Assembly (NCBI GenBank): GCA_041659685.1
Contig: JBAZXV010000008.1
Coordinates: 3,332 to 67,331, forward strand
Source: Parcubacteria group bacterium
Lineage (GTDB): Bacteria > Patescibacteriota > Minisyncoccia > Moranbacterales > UBA11712
DNA: 64,000 bases
Direction of reading: 5' to 3'
Made by a program: the position numbers and the translations under genes. Under the pieces are notes generated by a model. That model searched no databases. It was not told the origin of the DNA and saw only the letters and a program-made list of their open reading frames with translations. Shown here piece after piece: positions 33,994 to 46,625 of this stretch (position 1 is the first letter of the stretch; each line of letters opens with the position of its first letter).

Positions 33994-34815
33994 ATGAAAA
34001 TTAACAAAAAAAATCCTAACGGGGTGAAGACAAATAAATTTCTGATCGCGGTTCTTGGAATTTTATTCATTTTTCTGGCTGCCGCCTATATTTTTGAAAA
34101 ACCGGCGGCTCTCCTTACTGAAACATTATTTCTTTTTCCGGTTTTTCTTTCAACGGCGGCCGGCTTCTCGGCTGCCGGGATCTACGGGCTCAAAAGCCAC
34201 AACGGAAAAGCCTTGCTCCTCATCGCTTTCGGTTTGTCTTTTTGGTCGGCAGGTGAACTGGTCTGGTATATTTTCAAAAATTTCATGGGTATCGACCCTT
34301 TTCCCTCGATAGCTGACCTCTTTTTCCTGCTTGCTTATCCCCTGCTTCTCACCGGCATATTGTATGGAACCAGATTGACTCAAATTAAGTGGAGTCAGAT
34401 GGATAAGAAAACAACCGCGGCCGGATTAGCGACGGTGATAATTCTTACCGCGGCCGTATCTTACTGGGGAATATATGAAGCTTACGATCCCCAAACCGGA
34501 TTTCTTGAAAACGTTGTTGTTATGAGCTACGGAGTGGCCGACCTAATTCTCATCGGATCCCTTATTTTTTCCCTTGGAATAGCCCGCGTGTTCAGGGGCG
34601 GCCGGTTCGGGACTTTTTGGACCTTAGTCACTGTTGGATTTTTCTTTAATCTTGCGGCGGATATTTTGTTCGCGATCTATCGCTCGTCCTATTCCGAAGA
34701 CTTGAAACCCTATATGTATATCGACCTTATCTGGATGGCCGGATATCTGCTGGTCGCCTACAGCCTTCTGGACAACGCGCTTTCTTTGCGGGCTATTCAC
34801 AAGAAATTGAAATAA
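33994..34815 (+). CDS. polytopic membrane protein (about 7 TM), unknown function
   Basis: Repeated hydrophobic helices throughout 273 aa. Confidence 0.6.
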   Translation: MKINKKNPNGVKTNKFLIAVLGILFIFLAAAYIFEKPAALLTETLFLFPVFLSTAAGFSAAGIYGLKSHNGKALLLIAFGLSFWSAGELVWYIFKNFMGIDPFPSIADLFFLLAYPLLLTGILYGTRLTQIKWSQMDKKTTAAGLATVIILTAAVSYWGIYEAYDPQTGFLENVVVMSYGVADLILIGSLIFSLGIARVFRGGRFGTFWTLVTVGFFFNLAADILFAIYRSSYSEDLKPYMYIDLIWMAGYLLVAYSLLDNALSLRAIHKKLK

Positions 34816-35023
34816 TCTTACTGATTTATCTTGCATCCGGCCCCAAAATTTTCGCCAGTCATATTTCATTGAATATTTCCAAAAAGAACGCGCTGATAAA
34901 TTTTGAACTGGATCGATTTCCAAACTTTTTAAACTATTGGAAAAGGGCAGTGTCCGCGGACACTGCCCTTTATTTTCTGGAAAAATAACAATTTTTTTTC
35001 CGACTTTCTTAAGCCAGGCGTGT

Positions 35024-35542
35024 TTATTCAGCCGATTTCCGCCCCAGTTCGTAGAAAACCTGGGAAGTCACTCCCCGCTCCGTCGATTTGATATGAAGAA
35101 ACGGGAAAATTCCTTTGAACAACCCGGAGTGCTTGATTGCTCCAGGCAGTTCTTTGAACATCTGATAGGTGTCCAACAGGTTCTGCTCTAAATGGCAAAT
35201 TACGGCGCAGGGATAGTGGAGAACTGCCACAATATTATCGATGGGCATTTCTTCCACAGGAACTCGAATATTTTTCAGAAGGCAATCTGCCAGCCACATG
35301 TCGAATCCCTTGAACGAGGGAGTCAAGAACACGGGGCCGCCGAAGATTGCAAAGTGATTGAAGGGCTCAAATACTTCTTGCAAAGTGCTGGCAATATTTG
35401 TTCGCCCATCCCCGCAATACGTCGATGCGGTCCTGGTTGGATCCAAATGCCCCAGAACATCCGCCAAAACAACCGGCCTAATCAACTCTTGAGAGACCAA
35501 CTCTGTTTGAAGCGCCAAGTCCTCTGGTTTCATTACCGCCAT
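35024..35542 (-). CDS. hypothetical protein, locally GC-richer
   Basis: 172-aa ORF with no recognisable motifs. Composition differs from its neighbours. Confidence 0.45.
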   Translation of the reverse strand: MAVMKPEDLALQTELVSQELIRPVVLADVLGHLDPTRTASTYCGDGRTNIASTLQEVFEPFNHFAIFGGPVFLTPSFKGFDMWLADCLLKNIRVPVEEMPIDNIVAVLHYPCAVICHLEQNLLDTYQMFKELPGAIKHSGLFKGIFPFLHIKSTERGVTSQVFYELGRKSAE

Positions 35543-35793
35543 GTCCCCCTCCTAAAAAAATGAAAGATGTATTACAACAAAAAAAGCGCCGTACGCTCTT
35601 TTGTTATCCTGATTGTTGCATATTTTTCCCTTTTCGTCAATACGTATTTTACGCTTATATAGCAATAAATGATTATAATTAGCTACTATTTCCGAAAGCA
35701 GTCTTAATATATTGCATTTCAGGCGTTTAATTTCAATGTTTATCACTCATTTTTCAAGCGCTTGAGAACCAAAAAGGAGGATAAAAAATCTTT

Positions 35794-35818
35794 AAAAGCG
35801 GCTCCATCGGCCGCTTTT
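35794..35818 (-). terminator. intrinsic terminator
   Basis: AAAAGCGGCtccatcgGCCGCTTTT, followed on the minus strand by a U-rich tract. Lies downstream of the 35849-36322 gene. Confidence 0.6.
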
Positions 35819-35848
35819 GTCTTTATTCTGAAAAGTTTTTACAAAAAA

Positions 35849-36322
35849 TTATTCAATTTTCATAAAATCAATACTCTCACTGTCGTCTATAAGCTTCGCG
35901 TAAACGAGAATTATTTCTTTTTCAGGATAATACTTTAAAATTTTTTCTTTCGCTTTTCGGAGTTCGCTTTCGTGGAATTTCTGCTCGGCTTCAAGGTCGC
36001 CCTTGAACTCTGCGCTTCCGCCGTAAGCTCCGCAGTCGGCATGATTCACGATAACGATTTTTTTGACGTGATGCAGATCGCACGGAACGCCAATGCACAT
36101 CATCGGGACATCGACTTCGTTCTGACAGTCGTTTATTGCTTTCGCGGATCCGGGCATTTTAGGAAAATCATACGATTTAATCCCGAGATCCTCATCGATA
36201 AACTTCATCGTCTCTTTCCAAAATCGGAAGTCTATGCAGGCAAGGACAACCGCGTCGCAACTGTGAATGTTTTTATAGTTGAATGGGGTTTTCATAAAAT
36301 ATCTTTTTTGTTCGAAGCGCAA
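35849..36322 (-). CDS. beta-carbonic-anhydrase-like protein (divergent)
   Basis: ACIDFRF (compare CxDxR) and NHADCGAYGG (compare HxxCG), the two zinc-ligand motifs of beta-carbonic anhydrases, with Phe replacing the usual Ser. Confidence 0.4.
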   Translation of the reverse strand: MRFEQKRYFMKTPFNYKNIHSCDAVVLACIDFRFWKETMKFIDEDLGIKSYDFPKMPGSAKAINDCQNEVDVPMMCIGVPCDLHHVKKIVIVNHADCGAYGGSAEFKGDLEAEQKFHESELRKAKEKILKYYPEKEIILVYAKLIDDSESIDFMKIE

Positions 36323-36425
36323 AGCTCAAATCTCAAAACCACAGAGAAAAACTTAAAACTTTTTATAATTTTTAATTTTAAGTTGTGGTTTTGAACTTTG
36401 CGTTTTGAATTTTGAGCTTAATTAC
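36310..36425. repeat. about 110-bp palindromic intergenic element, copy 1
   Basis: About 90% identical to 38800-38925 (aaaaccacag.g.aaaacttaaaacttttt ... gttgtggttttgaactttgcgttttga.ttttgag). Confidence 0.7.
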
Positions 36426-36853
36426 TCGATTTTCATTCCTCTTCTCGTCAGATGTTTTTTTGCCACTCGGATTCGCGCCAGATTTTTTTCAAGAATCGCC
36501 GCCGCGGTCGCGTATTCTGTTTCATCCATTCTTATCTTTTCCTCTTTTATTTTTTCCGCCCGCGCTTTCGCTTCTTCCGCCCGCTTCACATCGATCTCCT
36601 CCGCCCTTTCGGCTGTGTCGGCGAGAACCGTAATCTCATTTTTTTGCACTTCGATCATGCCGCCTGAGGCCGCTATCGCCACTTCTTCGTTTTCTCTTTT
36701 AGCGACAATTTCTCCGGCGCGAAGAACTGAAATCAGAGGAATATGATTCGGAAGCACGGTAATCTCCCCTTCTGATGTCGGAAGAGTAACTTGATCAACT
36801 TCAGACTCATAAACAGTACGTTCGGGAGTTACGATCTTAAATTTTATTTTCAT
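36422..36853 (-). CDS. atpC: ATP synthase F1 epsilon subunit
   Basis: IVTPERTVYESEVDQVTLPTSEGEITVLPNHIPLISVLRAGEI. Confidence 0.85.
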   Translation of the reverse strand: MKIKFKIVTPERTVYESEVDQVTLPTSEGEITVLPNHIPLISVLRAGEIVAKRENEEVAIAASGGMIEVQKNEITVLADTAERAEEIDVKRAEEAKARAEKIKEEKIRMDETEYATAAAILEKNLARIRVAKKHLTRRGMKIE

Positions 36854-36894
36854 GTGACAGATTTTACGCGGATTATAAACCGATTAGACACGGA

Positions 36895-37335
36895 TTACAC
36901 GGATTGTTTTTGCTTTATCTTTGCAAAAAATGGCTTGTTATCGTTTGTACAAATTATTCTTCTGAAATACAACGACGGCAATCCGAAATTAAAAACATAG
37001 CCTATCTCATATTCCGACGCTTTTAAATATTCTGACAACTGGATTTCATGCTTTCTGAAGACTTGCGGCACGGCTTTCAACTCCAGAACAATTTTATTTT
37101 CTATAACCAAATCAGGCTCATAATATCCAATTTCGTTTCCGGTATCTCTTGAACGGATAGCTATTTTGGGCTTTGAAAGAAATTTCAACTTGTCTAAATT
37201 CAATCTTTCTTCCAGAGCTTTGTGGTAAATTCGTTCATTATGAACAGATTTATAATCCCTGTGAATTGCCATGCAAATCCCCACGAGCCTGTAGCTCAAT
37301 TCCTTATGCAAAAATTTTTCCTCCTTCATATCCAT
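36895..37335 (-). CDS. GxxExxY-family protein (PD-(D/E)XK-like), inserted between atpD and atpC
   Basis: LSYRLVGICMAIHRDYKSVHNERIYHKALEERL...GYYEPDLVIENKIVLELKAV...EYEIGYVFNFG matches the family pattern (G..E..Y; DL.VE..I..E.KAV; G.L.NF). Confidence 0.8.
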   Translation of the reverse strand: MDMKEEKFLHKELSYRLVGICMAIHRDYKSVHNERIYHKALEERLNLDKLKFLSKPKIAIRSRDTGNEIGYYEPDLVIENKIVLELKAVPQVFRKHEIQLSEYLKASEYEIGYVFNFGLPSLYFRRIICTNDNKPFFAKIKQKQSV

Positions 37336-37401
37336 TGATTTGCGCTAAACTAATCCGCGTAATCCGCAAAAATCTGCAAAAAATCCGTGTTTAATCTATG
37401 C

Positions 37402-38796
<1,395 letters not shown>

Positions 38797-38799
38797 TTA

Positions 38800-38925
38800 G
38801 CTCAAAGCGTAAAGCTTAAATTTCAAAACCACAGCGCAAAACTTAAAACTTTTTGAAATAATTTTGAGCTTTTAGTTGTGGTTTTGAACTTTGCGTTTTG
38901 AGTTTTGAGTTTAACTTAAATTATT
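38800..38925. repeat. about 110-bp palindromic intergenic element, copy 2
   Basis: See 36310-36425. The two copies bracket atpD-GxxExxY-atpC in direct orientation. Confidence 0.7.
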
Positions 38926-38955
38926 AAAAAATTCAATATAATTGGTAAAATAAAA

Positions 38956-39918
38956 CTAATTTTCCAAGGCAGCACGACCGGCGCTGATTTCCGCAATTTC
39001 CTGCGTGATGCCGGCTTGGCGAATTTGGTTATATATAAGCGTTAGGTTGTCCGCCATATCCCTGGCTGCATCCGTGGCGTTTCGCATCGCCACCATCCGC
39101 GCCGATTCCTTTGAAGCGTTTGACTCCAAAATGGCATGATATATCTGCATCTCAACAAGCCGCGGCAAAATTTCCGTGAGCACTGTTTTTGCATCCGGTT
39201 CAACCTTATATTCCATCGGCGGTTCATTGAGGCCGTATTCTTTCGCCAAAACATCCATATCAGCCAGCTGTTTTTCGATATCCACTTTCGATATCGGAAG
39301 AAGCTGGCGAAACTTCGGCTGTTGGACAACAGCTGAAATATAATCCATATAAGCAATCACGACTTTGTCATACTTTTTGGCCCGATACTCGTCCATAATG
39401 AGCCTGGCAAGCCCTCGCACATCTTCAGTTTGCGGAAGATAAGTCAGCTCATCAAATGTGGCAATGATGTTCTTGCCGATTTTCCGAATAAAGTTGGCGC
39501 CTTTTTTTCCGACAGTCACAAAATCAATCTCGATCTTATCATCCGGAATGCTTGATTCAATTCTTTTTGATCCAGTTCTGTTCACCTTGAGCTGGCCCGG
39601 ATTATTCACCTGCTCAGCGACTCTTCTGAGAAGCTGGGAGTTAAATCCGCCGCAAAGTCCCCGGTTCGAAGTAATGACAACCATAAGAATCTTTTTCACT
39701 TCGCGCGCTTCAAGGAGATCGATTGGATAATTTTCAAAAGCGCGGGCCATATTCGTCAGCACGCCCCAGGCGCTGTGGGCATACGGGCGGATTGCAAGAA
39801 CACTGGCCACTGTCCGCCGCATCTTCGAAGCCGCCACCATTTCCATGGCGCGTGTGATTTTTTTCGTATTGTTCACCGATTTTATTCGGCGGCGTATTTC
39901 TCGAGATCCTTGAGCCAT
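38956..39918 (-). CDS. atpG: ATP synthase F1 gamma subunit
   Basis: 320 aa. RRRIKSVNNTKKITRAMEMVAASKMR N-terminus. Confidence 0.9.
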   Translation of the reverse strand: MAQGSREIRRRIKSVNNTKKITRAMEMVAASKMRRTVASVLAIRPYAHSAWGVLTNMARAFENYPIDLLEAREVKKILMVVITSNRGLCGGFNSQLLRRVAEQVNNPGQLKVNRTGSKRIESSIPDDKIEIDFVTVGKKGANFIRKIGKNIIATFDELTYLPQTEDVRGLARLIMDEYRAKKYDKVVIAYMDYISAVVQQPKFRQLLPISKVDIEKQLADMDVLAKEYGLNEPPMEYKVEPDAKTVLTEILPRLVEMQIYHAILESNASKESARMVAMRNATDAARDMADNLTLIYNQIRQAGITQEIAEISAGRAALEN

Positions 39919-39964
39919 ATTTTTTTACAACATTCAATGTTGGGGTTCTCCCTAACATTGAATG

Positions 39965-41482
39965 TTAGGCATTCCCATACACTTCCTTATATTCCTCAAT
40001 CGCCTTTTTAAGCGATTTTTCAACGTCTTCCGTCAATTCTTTCTTCTCCTTTACGAGCGCCAGCACATCACTTTTCATTTCTTTCATGTATTTATGAAAT
40101 TCTTCTTCCCATTTTTGAACATTCGCTACCGGAGTATCATCCAAATATCCGTTCGTAAGGGCATAGAGAATCGCCACTTGATTTTCAACCGGCATCGGAA
40201 CATATTGGTCCTGCTTTAAGACTTCAACTGTCCGCTGTCCTCTCTCTATTTGCTTTCGGGTTGATTCGTCGAGGTCAGATCCGAACTGGGCAAAGGCTTC
40301 GAGTTCGCGGAACTGAGCAAGATCGAGACGCAACTTTCCGGCTACCTTTTTCATCGCCTTGATCTGCGCGGCCGACCCCACGCGGGAAACAGAGAGACCG
40401 ACATTGAGAGCCGGGCGGATACCCTTATAAAACAAGTCTGATTCAAGATAAATCTGCCCGTCAGTGATGGATATTACGTTCGTTGGAATGTAGGCCGAAA
40501 CATCGCCCGCCTGCGTTTCAATGATCGGAAGGGCGGTAATGGATCCTCCGCCGAAATCTTTTGAGAGCTTGGCGCTTCGTTCAAGAAGCCTTGAATGAAG
40601 ATAGAAAATATCTCCCGGATAAGCTTCGCGTCCCGGCGGACGTTTGAGAAGAAGCGAAACCTGCCGATAAGCCCAGGCGTGTTTTGAAAGATCGTCATAA
40701 ATGACCAGCACGTCTTTTCCCTGGTCCATGAAATATTCTCCAATCGCGCAACCGGAATAAGGCGCGATATAAGAGAGTGATGCCGGATCCGACGCTCCCG
40801 CAACCACCACAATCGTATGCTCCATGGCTTCATTTTTTTCAAGCTCGGAAACAATGCGCGCCACTTTCGATTCCTTCTGTCCGATTGCGACGTATATGCA
40901 GATTACATTCTCGCCCTTTTGGTTAATTATCGCATCAATCGCAACTGCCGTTTTTCCCGTTTGACGGTCGCCGATAATAAGCTCTCGCTGGCCCCGTCCG
41001 ATCGGAATTGCCGAATCAATGGCTTTTATTCCGGTTTGGAGCGGCTGTTTTACGGATTCACGAGCGATTACACCCGGCGCGATTTTTTCAATCGGGTAAA
41101 ATTTTTCGGTTTTTATCTCTCCTTTTCCGTCAATGGCCTGGCCGAGCGGATCCACCACTCTTCCAATCATTTTCTCTCCGGCCGGCACGGACAAAATTTT
41201 TCCGGTTGAACGCACGGTGTCGCCTTCCTTTATTTTTTCATATTCTCCAAGAATCATGGCGCCGACTTGGTCTTCTTCAAGATTAAGAGCCACGCCCAGG
41301 ATCGACCCTTGAGGAGAAGGAAATTCCAGCATTTCACTCGCCATGACGTCCGAAAGGCCTGAAATGCGGGCAATTCCGTCGCCGACTTCGATCACCTGGC
41401 CGACTTTTTCAGATTTGGCTTCCGCCTTGAAGCCGGAGATTTGTTTTTTAAGAGTCTCTACTATTAAGTCTTTTTGGTTCAT
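39965..41482 (-). CDS. atpA: ATP synthase F1 alpha subunit
   Basis: [10 protein letters not shown]-loop, 505 aa. Confidence 0.97.
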   Translation of the reverse strand: MNQKDLIVETLKKQISGFKAEAKSEKVGQVIEVGDGIARISGLSDVMASEMLEFPSPQGSILGVALNLEEDQVGAMILGEYEKIKEGDTVRSTGKILSVPAGEKMIGRVVDPLGQAIDGKGEIKTEKFYPIEKIAPGVIARESVKQPLQTGIKAIDSAIPIGRGQRELIIGDRQTGKTAVAIDAIINQKGENVICIYVAIGQKESKVARIVSELEKNEAMEHTIVVVAGASDPASLSYIAPYSGCAIGEYFMDQGKDVLVIYDDLSKHAWAYRQVSLLLKRPPGREAYPGDIFYLHSRLLERSAKLSKDFGGGSITALPIIETQAGDVSAYIPTNVISITDGQIYLESDLFYKGIRPALNVGLSVSRVGSAAQIKAMKKVAGKLRLDLAQFRELEAFAQFGSDLDESTRKQIERGQRTVEVLKQDQYVPMPVENQVAILYALTNGYLDDTPVANVQKWEEEFHKYMKEMKSDVLALVKEKKELTEDVEKSLKKAIEEYKEVYGNA

Positions 41483-41634
41483 AATGATTTGTAAAAATTA
41501 ATTTTCAATTACCAATTTCCAATTATCAATCAATTCTCAATTCATCAATGATCAATTTTCAAACGGCATAATAGTTATAATTGAAAATTGAGTCATTGAA
41601 AATTCATTGTAAATTGATCATTGATTATTGAAAA

Positions 41635-42036
41635 TTATTTCGCCAAAATTTTCTTCAACTCCCCCAGCCGCCCCGCGATGCTCCCGTCAATCACTTCATC
41701 CCCGACTTTCATTATGATTCCGCCCTTAATGTTCACGTCGATTATGTTTCTTAAAACCACTTCCTTTGCTGAATATTTATTTTTCAAAAAAATTTTTGCC
41801 TTATGCTCCAGGGACTCGTCAGCTTTCTCACGGGTTATAATTTCGGCCTCGATAATCCCGTTTTTTTTGTTATATATATCATTAAACTGATTGATTATTT
41901 TTTCCGCCAATTTTATCTTTCTTGATTTGTTCAGATAACGCGCGAAATCAGCCACGGATTTTTCAATTTCCGTTTTTGGCTTTCCTTCCGTCATCGCATA
42001 CAGCGTTTCGGCATATTGTTTTGAAGTGATGCGCAT
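41635..42036 (-). CDS. atpH: ATP synthase delta (OSCP) subunit, short form
   Basis: 133 aa in the delta position of the operon. C-terminus VIDGSIAGRLGELKKIL. Confidence 0.7.
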   Translation of the reverse strand: MRITSKQYAETLYAMTEGKPKTEIEKSVADFARYLNKSRKIKLAEKIINQFNDIYNKKNGIIEAEIITREKADESLEHKAKIFLKNKYSAKEVVLRNIIDVNIKGGIIMKVGDEVIDGSIAGRLGELKKILAK

Positions 42037-42045
42037 CCTAAAATA

Positions 42046-42534
42046 TTAACTGATTATTTTTTCCGCCAGTTCCTTATCCGCCTTCTTGTTTATTTTTTCC
42101 CCGAGCACTTTTTCCGTCGCCAAGACAACCAGGGAGCCGATTTCCGACTTTATCTCCGCAATCGTTTTATCTTTTTCCCTGCCAATTTGATCCTTTGCCT
42201 CGGCGATTATTTTTTCCGCCTGGACTTTGGCTTCGGCGGCCAGCTCAGACTTGCTTTTTTCCGCTTGTTCATGAGCCTTTTCGACAATAATTTTTGCCTC
42301 AATCCGCGCTTTTTTGAGAATTTCTCCCTCTTTTTTCCCCGCCTCTTCCAGTTTCTTCCGGGATTCCTCGGCATCTCTCATGCCTTTCTCTATCTTCCTG
42401 GTGCGGTTTTCAAGCATTTTAAGAATCGGACCATAAGCAAACTTATACAGCACAAACAAGAGAACCAAAAAATTTATGATTTGGGCAATCAATAATTTCC
42501 AGTCTATTCCCAGTTTTGTTAATAGCTCTGACAT
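42046..42534 (-). CDS. atpF: ATP synthase F0 b subunit
   Basis: N-terminal TM followed by a long charged coiled-coil (EA.K/AEAK-rich). Confidence 0.8.
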   Translation of the reverse strand: MSELLTKLGIDWKLLIAQIINFLVLLFVLYKFAYGPILKMLENRTRKIEKGMRDAEESRKKLEEAGKKEGEILKKARIEAKIIVEKAHEQAEKSKSELAAEAKVQAEKIIAEAKDQIGREKDKTIAEIKSEIGSLVVLATEKVLGEKINKKADKELAEKIIS

Positions 42535-42641
42535 AGTATCACAAATTTTACGCTGATTATTTACAGATTAGCACAGATTACACAGATTTAATCTGCGTAA
42601 TCTGCGTTCAATCTGCCAAAAATATGTGTTCAATCTGCGCG

Positions 42642-43007
<366 letters not shown>

Positions 43008-43049
43008 TCACTAAATATTAATCATTGATTAATGTTCAATGTTCAGTGA

Positions 43050-43832
43050 TTAATGACTTTCTGTTGCCGCCATTTTAAGAAACACGAGAGTCAGCATTGA
43101 AAATACCAGAGCCTGCACGAATCCGACGAACAATTCCAAAAACAAGAACGGGAGCGGGACGAAATACGGCACAAGGAACAACATCACCATAAGGAGAATT
43201 TCTCCGGCAAAAATATTTCCAAAAAGCCGGAAGGAAAAGGAAATAATTTTAGCAACTTCGGAAACAAGCTCCAGGGCTCCAACGAAAGTTCCGACAAAAT
43301 ACGGCTTGTGCAGGGGGCTCACAAAGAATTTCCCGGCATATTTGGCAAATCCGATGGCCGCTATCCCGATAATCTGCGACCCGACAACACTCACGATTGC
43401 AAGTGCAAGGGTCATATTAAGATCAGCTGATCCGCTTCGGATAAAGGGAACGAGTTCGTTTTCTCCGTGAATCTTTTTAAAAATTCCAATTGTTCCGAGA
43501 CCCGGCAAAACTTCCACCCAATTTGAAAGTATGACAAAAATGAATATGGTCGCGACGAGCGGAAAAAATATTTTTGACTGCTTGCGATCCTGCGTAACGC
43601 TGTCAATCATATCCAGAAGAGCCTCCAATACGGCTTCCGCTGCATTTTGAAATCCCCTTGGCACCAAGCGAATGCGCGATTTGAGCAAAAACGACGCCAC
43701 AATAACCAGCAAGCTGATGCAAAGAGTCACCAAAATAGTGTTCGTCACTGGAAATGATCCTATATGGAAAATGGGTTCTGCAGCAATTGAAATATTCATA
43801 TCTAAACAGGCATCGGCTGCCCTTTTAGCCAA
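43050..43832 (-). CDS. atpB: ATP synthase F0 a subunit
   Basis: RLFGNIFAGEILL contains the conserved Arg. Confidence 0.9.
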   Translation of the reverse strand: MAKRAADACLDMNISIAAEPIFHIGSFPVTNTILVTLCISLLVIVASFLLKSRIRLVPRGFQNAAEAVLEALLDMIDSVTQDRKQSKIFFPLVATIFIFVILSNWVEVLPGLGTIGIFKKIHGENELVPFIRSGSADLNMTLALAIVSVVGSQIIGIAAIGFAKYAGKFFVSPLHKPYFVGTFVGALELVSEVAKIISFSFRLFGNIFAGEILLMVMLFLVPYFVPLPFLFLELFVGFVQALVFSMLTLVFLKMAATESH

Positions 43833-43852
43833 TACTTATGCTTAATTATCCC

Positions 43853-44080
43853 CTATTTATCGATAATATCCTTCGATTTTTTGTATACGGTGTAGCTTGT
43901 AATCAGGATTGCCAGGATTATTCCGAGGAGAAAAAACCAGGGTTCCGTATGATATTTCCTGTCGATAAATCTTCCCAGCAAAGCGAGAACTACCAGCGGA
44001 ATCGCAATAAGATATCCAAGCTCCCAGGCGAGGGACGCGGCAGACCACGATTCCTGGTCGTCTTTTTTCTCGTCGGCCAT
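43853..44080 (-). CDS. small two-TM protein in the AtpI/AtpZ position upstream of atpB
   Basis: 75 aa with two hydrophobic helices, immediately 5' of atpB. Confidence 0.45.
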   Translation of the reverse strand: MADEKKDDQESWSAASLAWELGYLIAIPLVVLALLGRFIDRKYHTEPWFFLLGIILAILITSYTVYKKSKDIIDK

Positions 44081-44160
44081 AAATTCAGAATTTAACCGAT
44101 AAATTTTTCAGGATTGTTTTCTTGCTTTCCTTTCTATTATTTTCCAATTTTGAAAAAAAG

Positions 44161-44998
44161 TCAATCCCTGTTTTTTTCCATTTTGAAAAATTCCAACGCG
44201 TTTTTGTCCGTTATCTTTTCCACCTCTCCGGCATCCATCCCCCTAATTTCCGCTATCTTTTCGGCAATACAGCTGACATAAACCGGCTCATTCCTTTTTC
44301 CGCGGAATTTCTGCGGAGCAAGAAGGGGCGAATCGCTGTCGAGCATCATCCGGGAAAGCGGAACCATCCGCACTGCCCCTGCCATTTTTTCCGCCCGTTC
44401 GACTGGCTTTGGATAGGTAATGTTTGCGGAAAATGAGAAGAATACATTTGGAAGCTTCAGAAATTTTTCGGTGTCTTTTTTCTCTCCGCTATAGCAGTGA
44501 AGGACAAAATTAGTAGCTGGTATCTCGCACCCAGTATTTTGTGCTTTTATGATTTCATAGAGATTGCTCCACGCCTCCCGGCAATGCACAATCACCGGAA
44601 GACTCAGTTCTTTTGCAATTTCAATCTGCGCCAAAAATCCTTTTTTTTGGTTTTCTTTTTGCGCGGCAGTGACGATTTCATCCGTATGGCTGAAATAGTC
44701 GAGGCCAATTTCCCCGATTGCAACCACTTTCTCGTGCTGCGCTAAACTTTTCAAATTTTTAATTTCTTTCTCATAATTCACAATTCCTAATTCGTAATTC
44801 CTAAAAAATTCCGGGTGTATTCCCGCGCTCGCGAAAACATTATCATATTTTTCCGCGATCTCGATCGATTTCCGGCTCCGCTCCAAATCGACGCCGACAT
44901 TCACAATGGCTTTTCCGCCGCTTTCAAAAAACCGCGCAATCACTTCCTCGCGGTCTTCGTTAAATTCCGGAAAATCCAGATGGGCGTGAGTGTCGATC
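44161..44998 (-). CDS. tatD: TatD-family metal-dependent hydrolase
   Basis: MIDTHAHLDF start motif. The called ORF extends to 45048, and the start at MIDTHAHL is more likely. Confidence 0.85.
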
Positions 44999-45087
44999 AT
45001 TTGTGATGCGATACACGAATAAAACGAATATTTAAACGAACACAACAAAAAAATAATTCGTTAAACTTCGTGTCTATATTCGTTATT

Positions 45088-46554
45088 TTAGTGTTTAATT
45101 CTTGGGAAAAGTATTTCTGATTTCTTAGTTTCGAGAGCTTCTTTGATTTTTTCGGAAGTTTCCGGCATAAAAAAACACATATCGTCGGCGATAACCGTAA
45201 GCGCATGGACAAGATGCTCCATAACGCTCTCAAATTTGCCAGTGTCTTTTTTCGCAAGCTCCCAAGGCTTATATTCTTCAATATATTTGTCGAGTACGCG
45301 AATAAAGGTCCAGCTGTCTTTCAGGGCAAAATCCAATCTCATTTCTTTCATGTGTCTTGCCAATATCTCATCTTCGCCTCCAAACTCATTGAAATGACTC
45401 AGCTCGAAGGATTTATCTATTTTTTCATATAACTTTACTATGCGGCTCACCAGATTCCCCAAACCGTTTGCCAAGTCCGCGTTGTATTTTTCAACCATAC
45501 GCCCCATTGTCATATCCACATCCTCGCCGAAAGTTCCGGCGCTCATAAGAAGATATCTCGTTCCATCCGTTCCGAATTTTTCGAGCATCTCATCTATGGT
45601 TATTCCATTGCCGAGCGTTTTGCTCATTTTTCTTCCGCCCGAAAGGATGTGCCCGTGGACATAAAGCATTTTTGGGAGCTCTATTCCAAGATGCATAAGC
45701 ATCGCCGGCCAGATTGTGGCATGCACCCGCAAAATATCTTTTCCAATCAGCTGCACGTCCGCCGGCCAAAACCTGAGATTCGACCTTGAGGAATCCGCCG
45801 ATGAGGCGGAGAGAAAGGTCGAACCTTGGATAGATCCGCCCCACCCCAAGCCCGTCAGATAATACAAAAAAGCGTCCGCCCAGACATAGGTCGTGTACTG
45901 CGGATCAAAAGGCAAAGGTATTCCCCATGAGACGTTTTTTCTGGATATGGAAACGTCCTTCAGCGGCTGGTTCCTGAGAAATGATAGTATTTCTTTTTTG
46001 TATTTTTCCGGATTGATTTTGAGTTCGTCTTTTTCTATTTTATCAATAAGCTCTTCCTGAAAAACGCCCAACTTAAGAAGATAGCATTCTTCTTTTATCT
46101 TTTCCAAAACCGTGTCGTGATCCGGACAACGTCCGTTTACCAACTCGTTTTCACTGCGAAATTGCTCGCACCCGACGCAATACATTCCTTCATATTCGCC
46201 TTTATATATCGCGCCCCGCTCAAAAAGAGCCTGCAGGACTTTTTGGACGGCGGATTTATGTTTTTCGTCGGTCGTCCGGATAAAATTATTGTATTTGATA
46301 TTAAGTTTTTCCCAATAGCCTTTGAACTCTTGAGAAACTTCGTCCACGAATTTTTGCGGATCTTCGCCGGCTTCTTCGGCTTTTTTCTGAATTTTGAGGC
46401 CGTGTTCGTCCGTTCCGGTCAGGAAAAAAACGTCATCTCCCCGCTCGCGATGGAACCGCGCCAAAACGTCGGCCGCAATGGTCGTGTACGCGTGGCCAAT
46501 ATGCGGCTTCGCGTTAACGTAATATATCGGGGTAGTGACAAAAAATTTCTTCAT
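45088..46554 (-). CDS. metG: methionine--tRNA ligase, short form
   Basis: PIYYVNAKPHIGHAYT (HIGH) and KMSKTLGNGI (KMSKS) motifs. Confidence 0.95.
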   Translation of the reverse strand: MKKFFVTTPIYYVNAKPHIGHAYTTIAADVLARFHRERGDDVFFLTGTDEHGLKIQKKAEEAGEDPQKFVDEVSQEFKGYWEKLNIKYNNFIRTTDEKHKSAVQKVLQALFERGAIYKGEYEGMYCVGCEQFRSENELVNGRCPDHDTVLEKIKEECYLLKLGVFQEELIDKIEKDELKINPEKYKKEILSFLRNQPLKDVSISRKNVSWGIPLPFDPQYTTYVWADAFLYYLTGLGWGGSIQGSTFLSASSADSSRSNLRFWPADVQLIGKDILRVHATIWPAMLMHLGIELPKMLYVHGHILSGGRKMSKTLGNGITIDEMLEKFGTDGTRYLLMSAGTFGEDVDMTMGRMVEKYNADLANGLGNLVSRIVKLYEKIDKSFELSHFNEFGGEDEILARHMKEMRLDFALKDSWTFIRVLDKYIEEYKPWELAKKDTGKFESVMEHLVHALTVIADDMCFFMPETSEKIKEALETKKSEILFPRIKH

Positions 46555-46625
46555 AATACACTAAGTTTAACGAGTATATACACTAAAATTAACAAATATA
46601 ACTATCTCAGTTCGTGTCTATATTC

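Noticed and set aside
35024-35542. Locally GC-richer 172-aa gene as a possible horizontally acquired island.
   Set aside because: It is a single gene with no flanking repeats, integrase or tRNA. The composition difference alone is insufficient.
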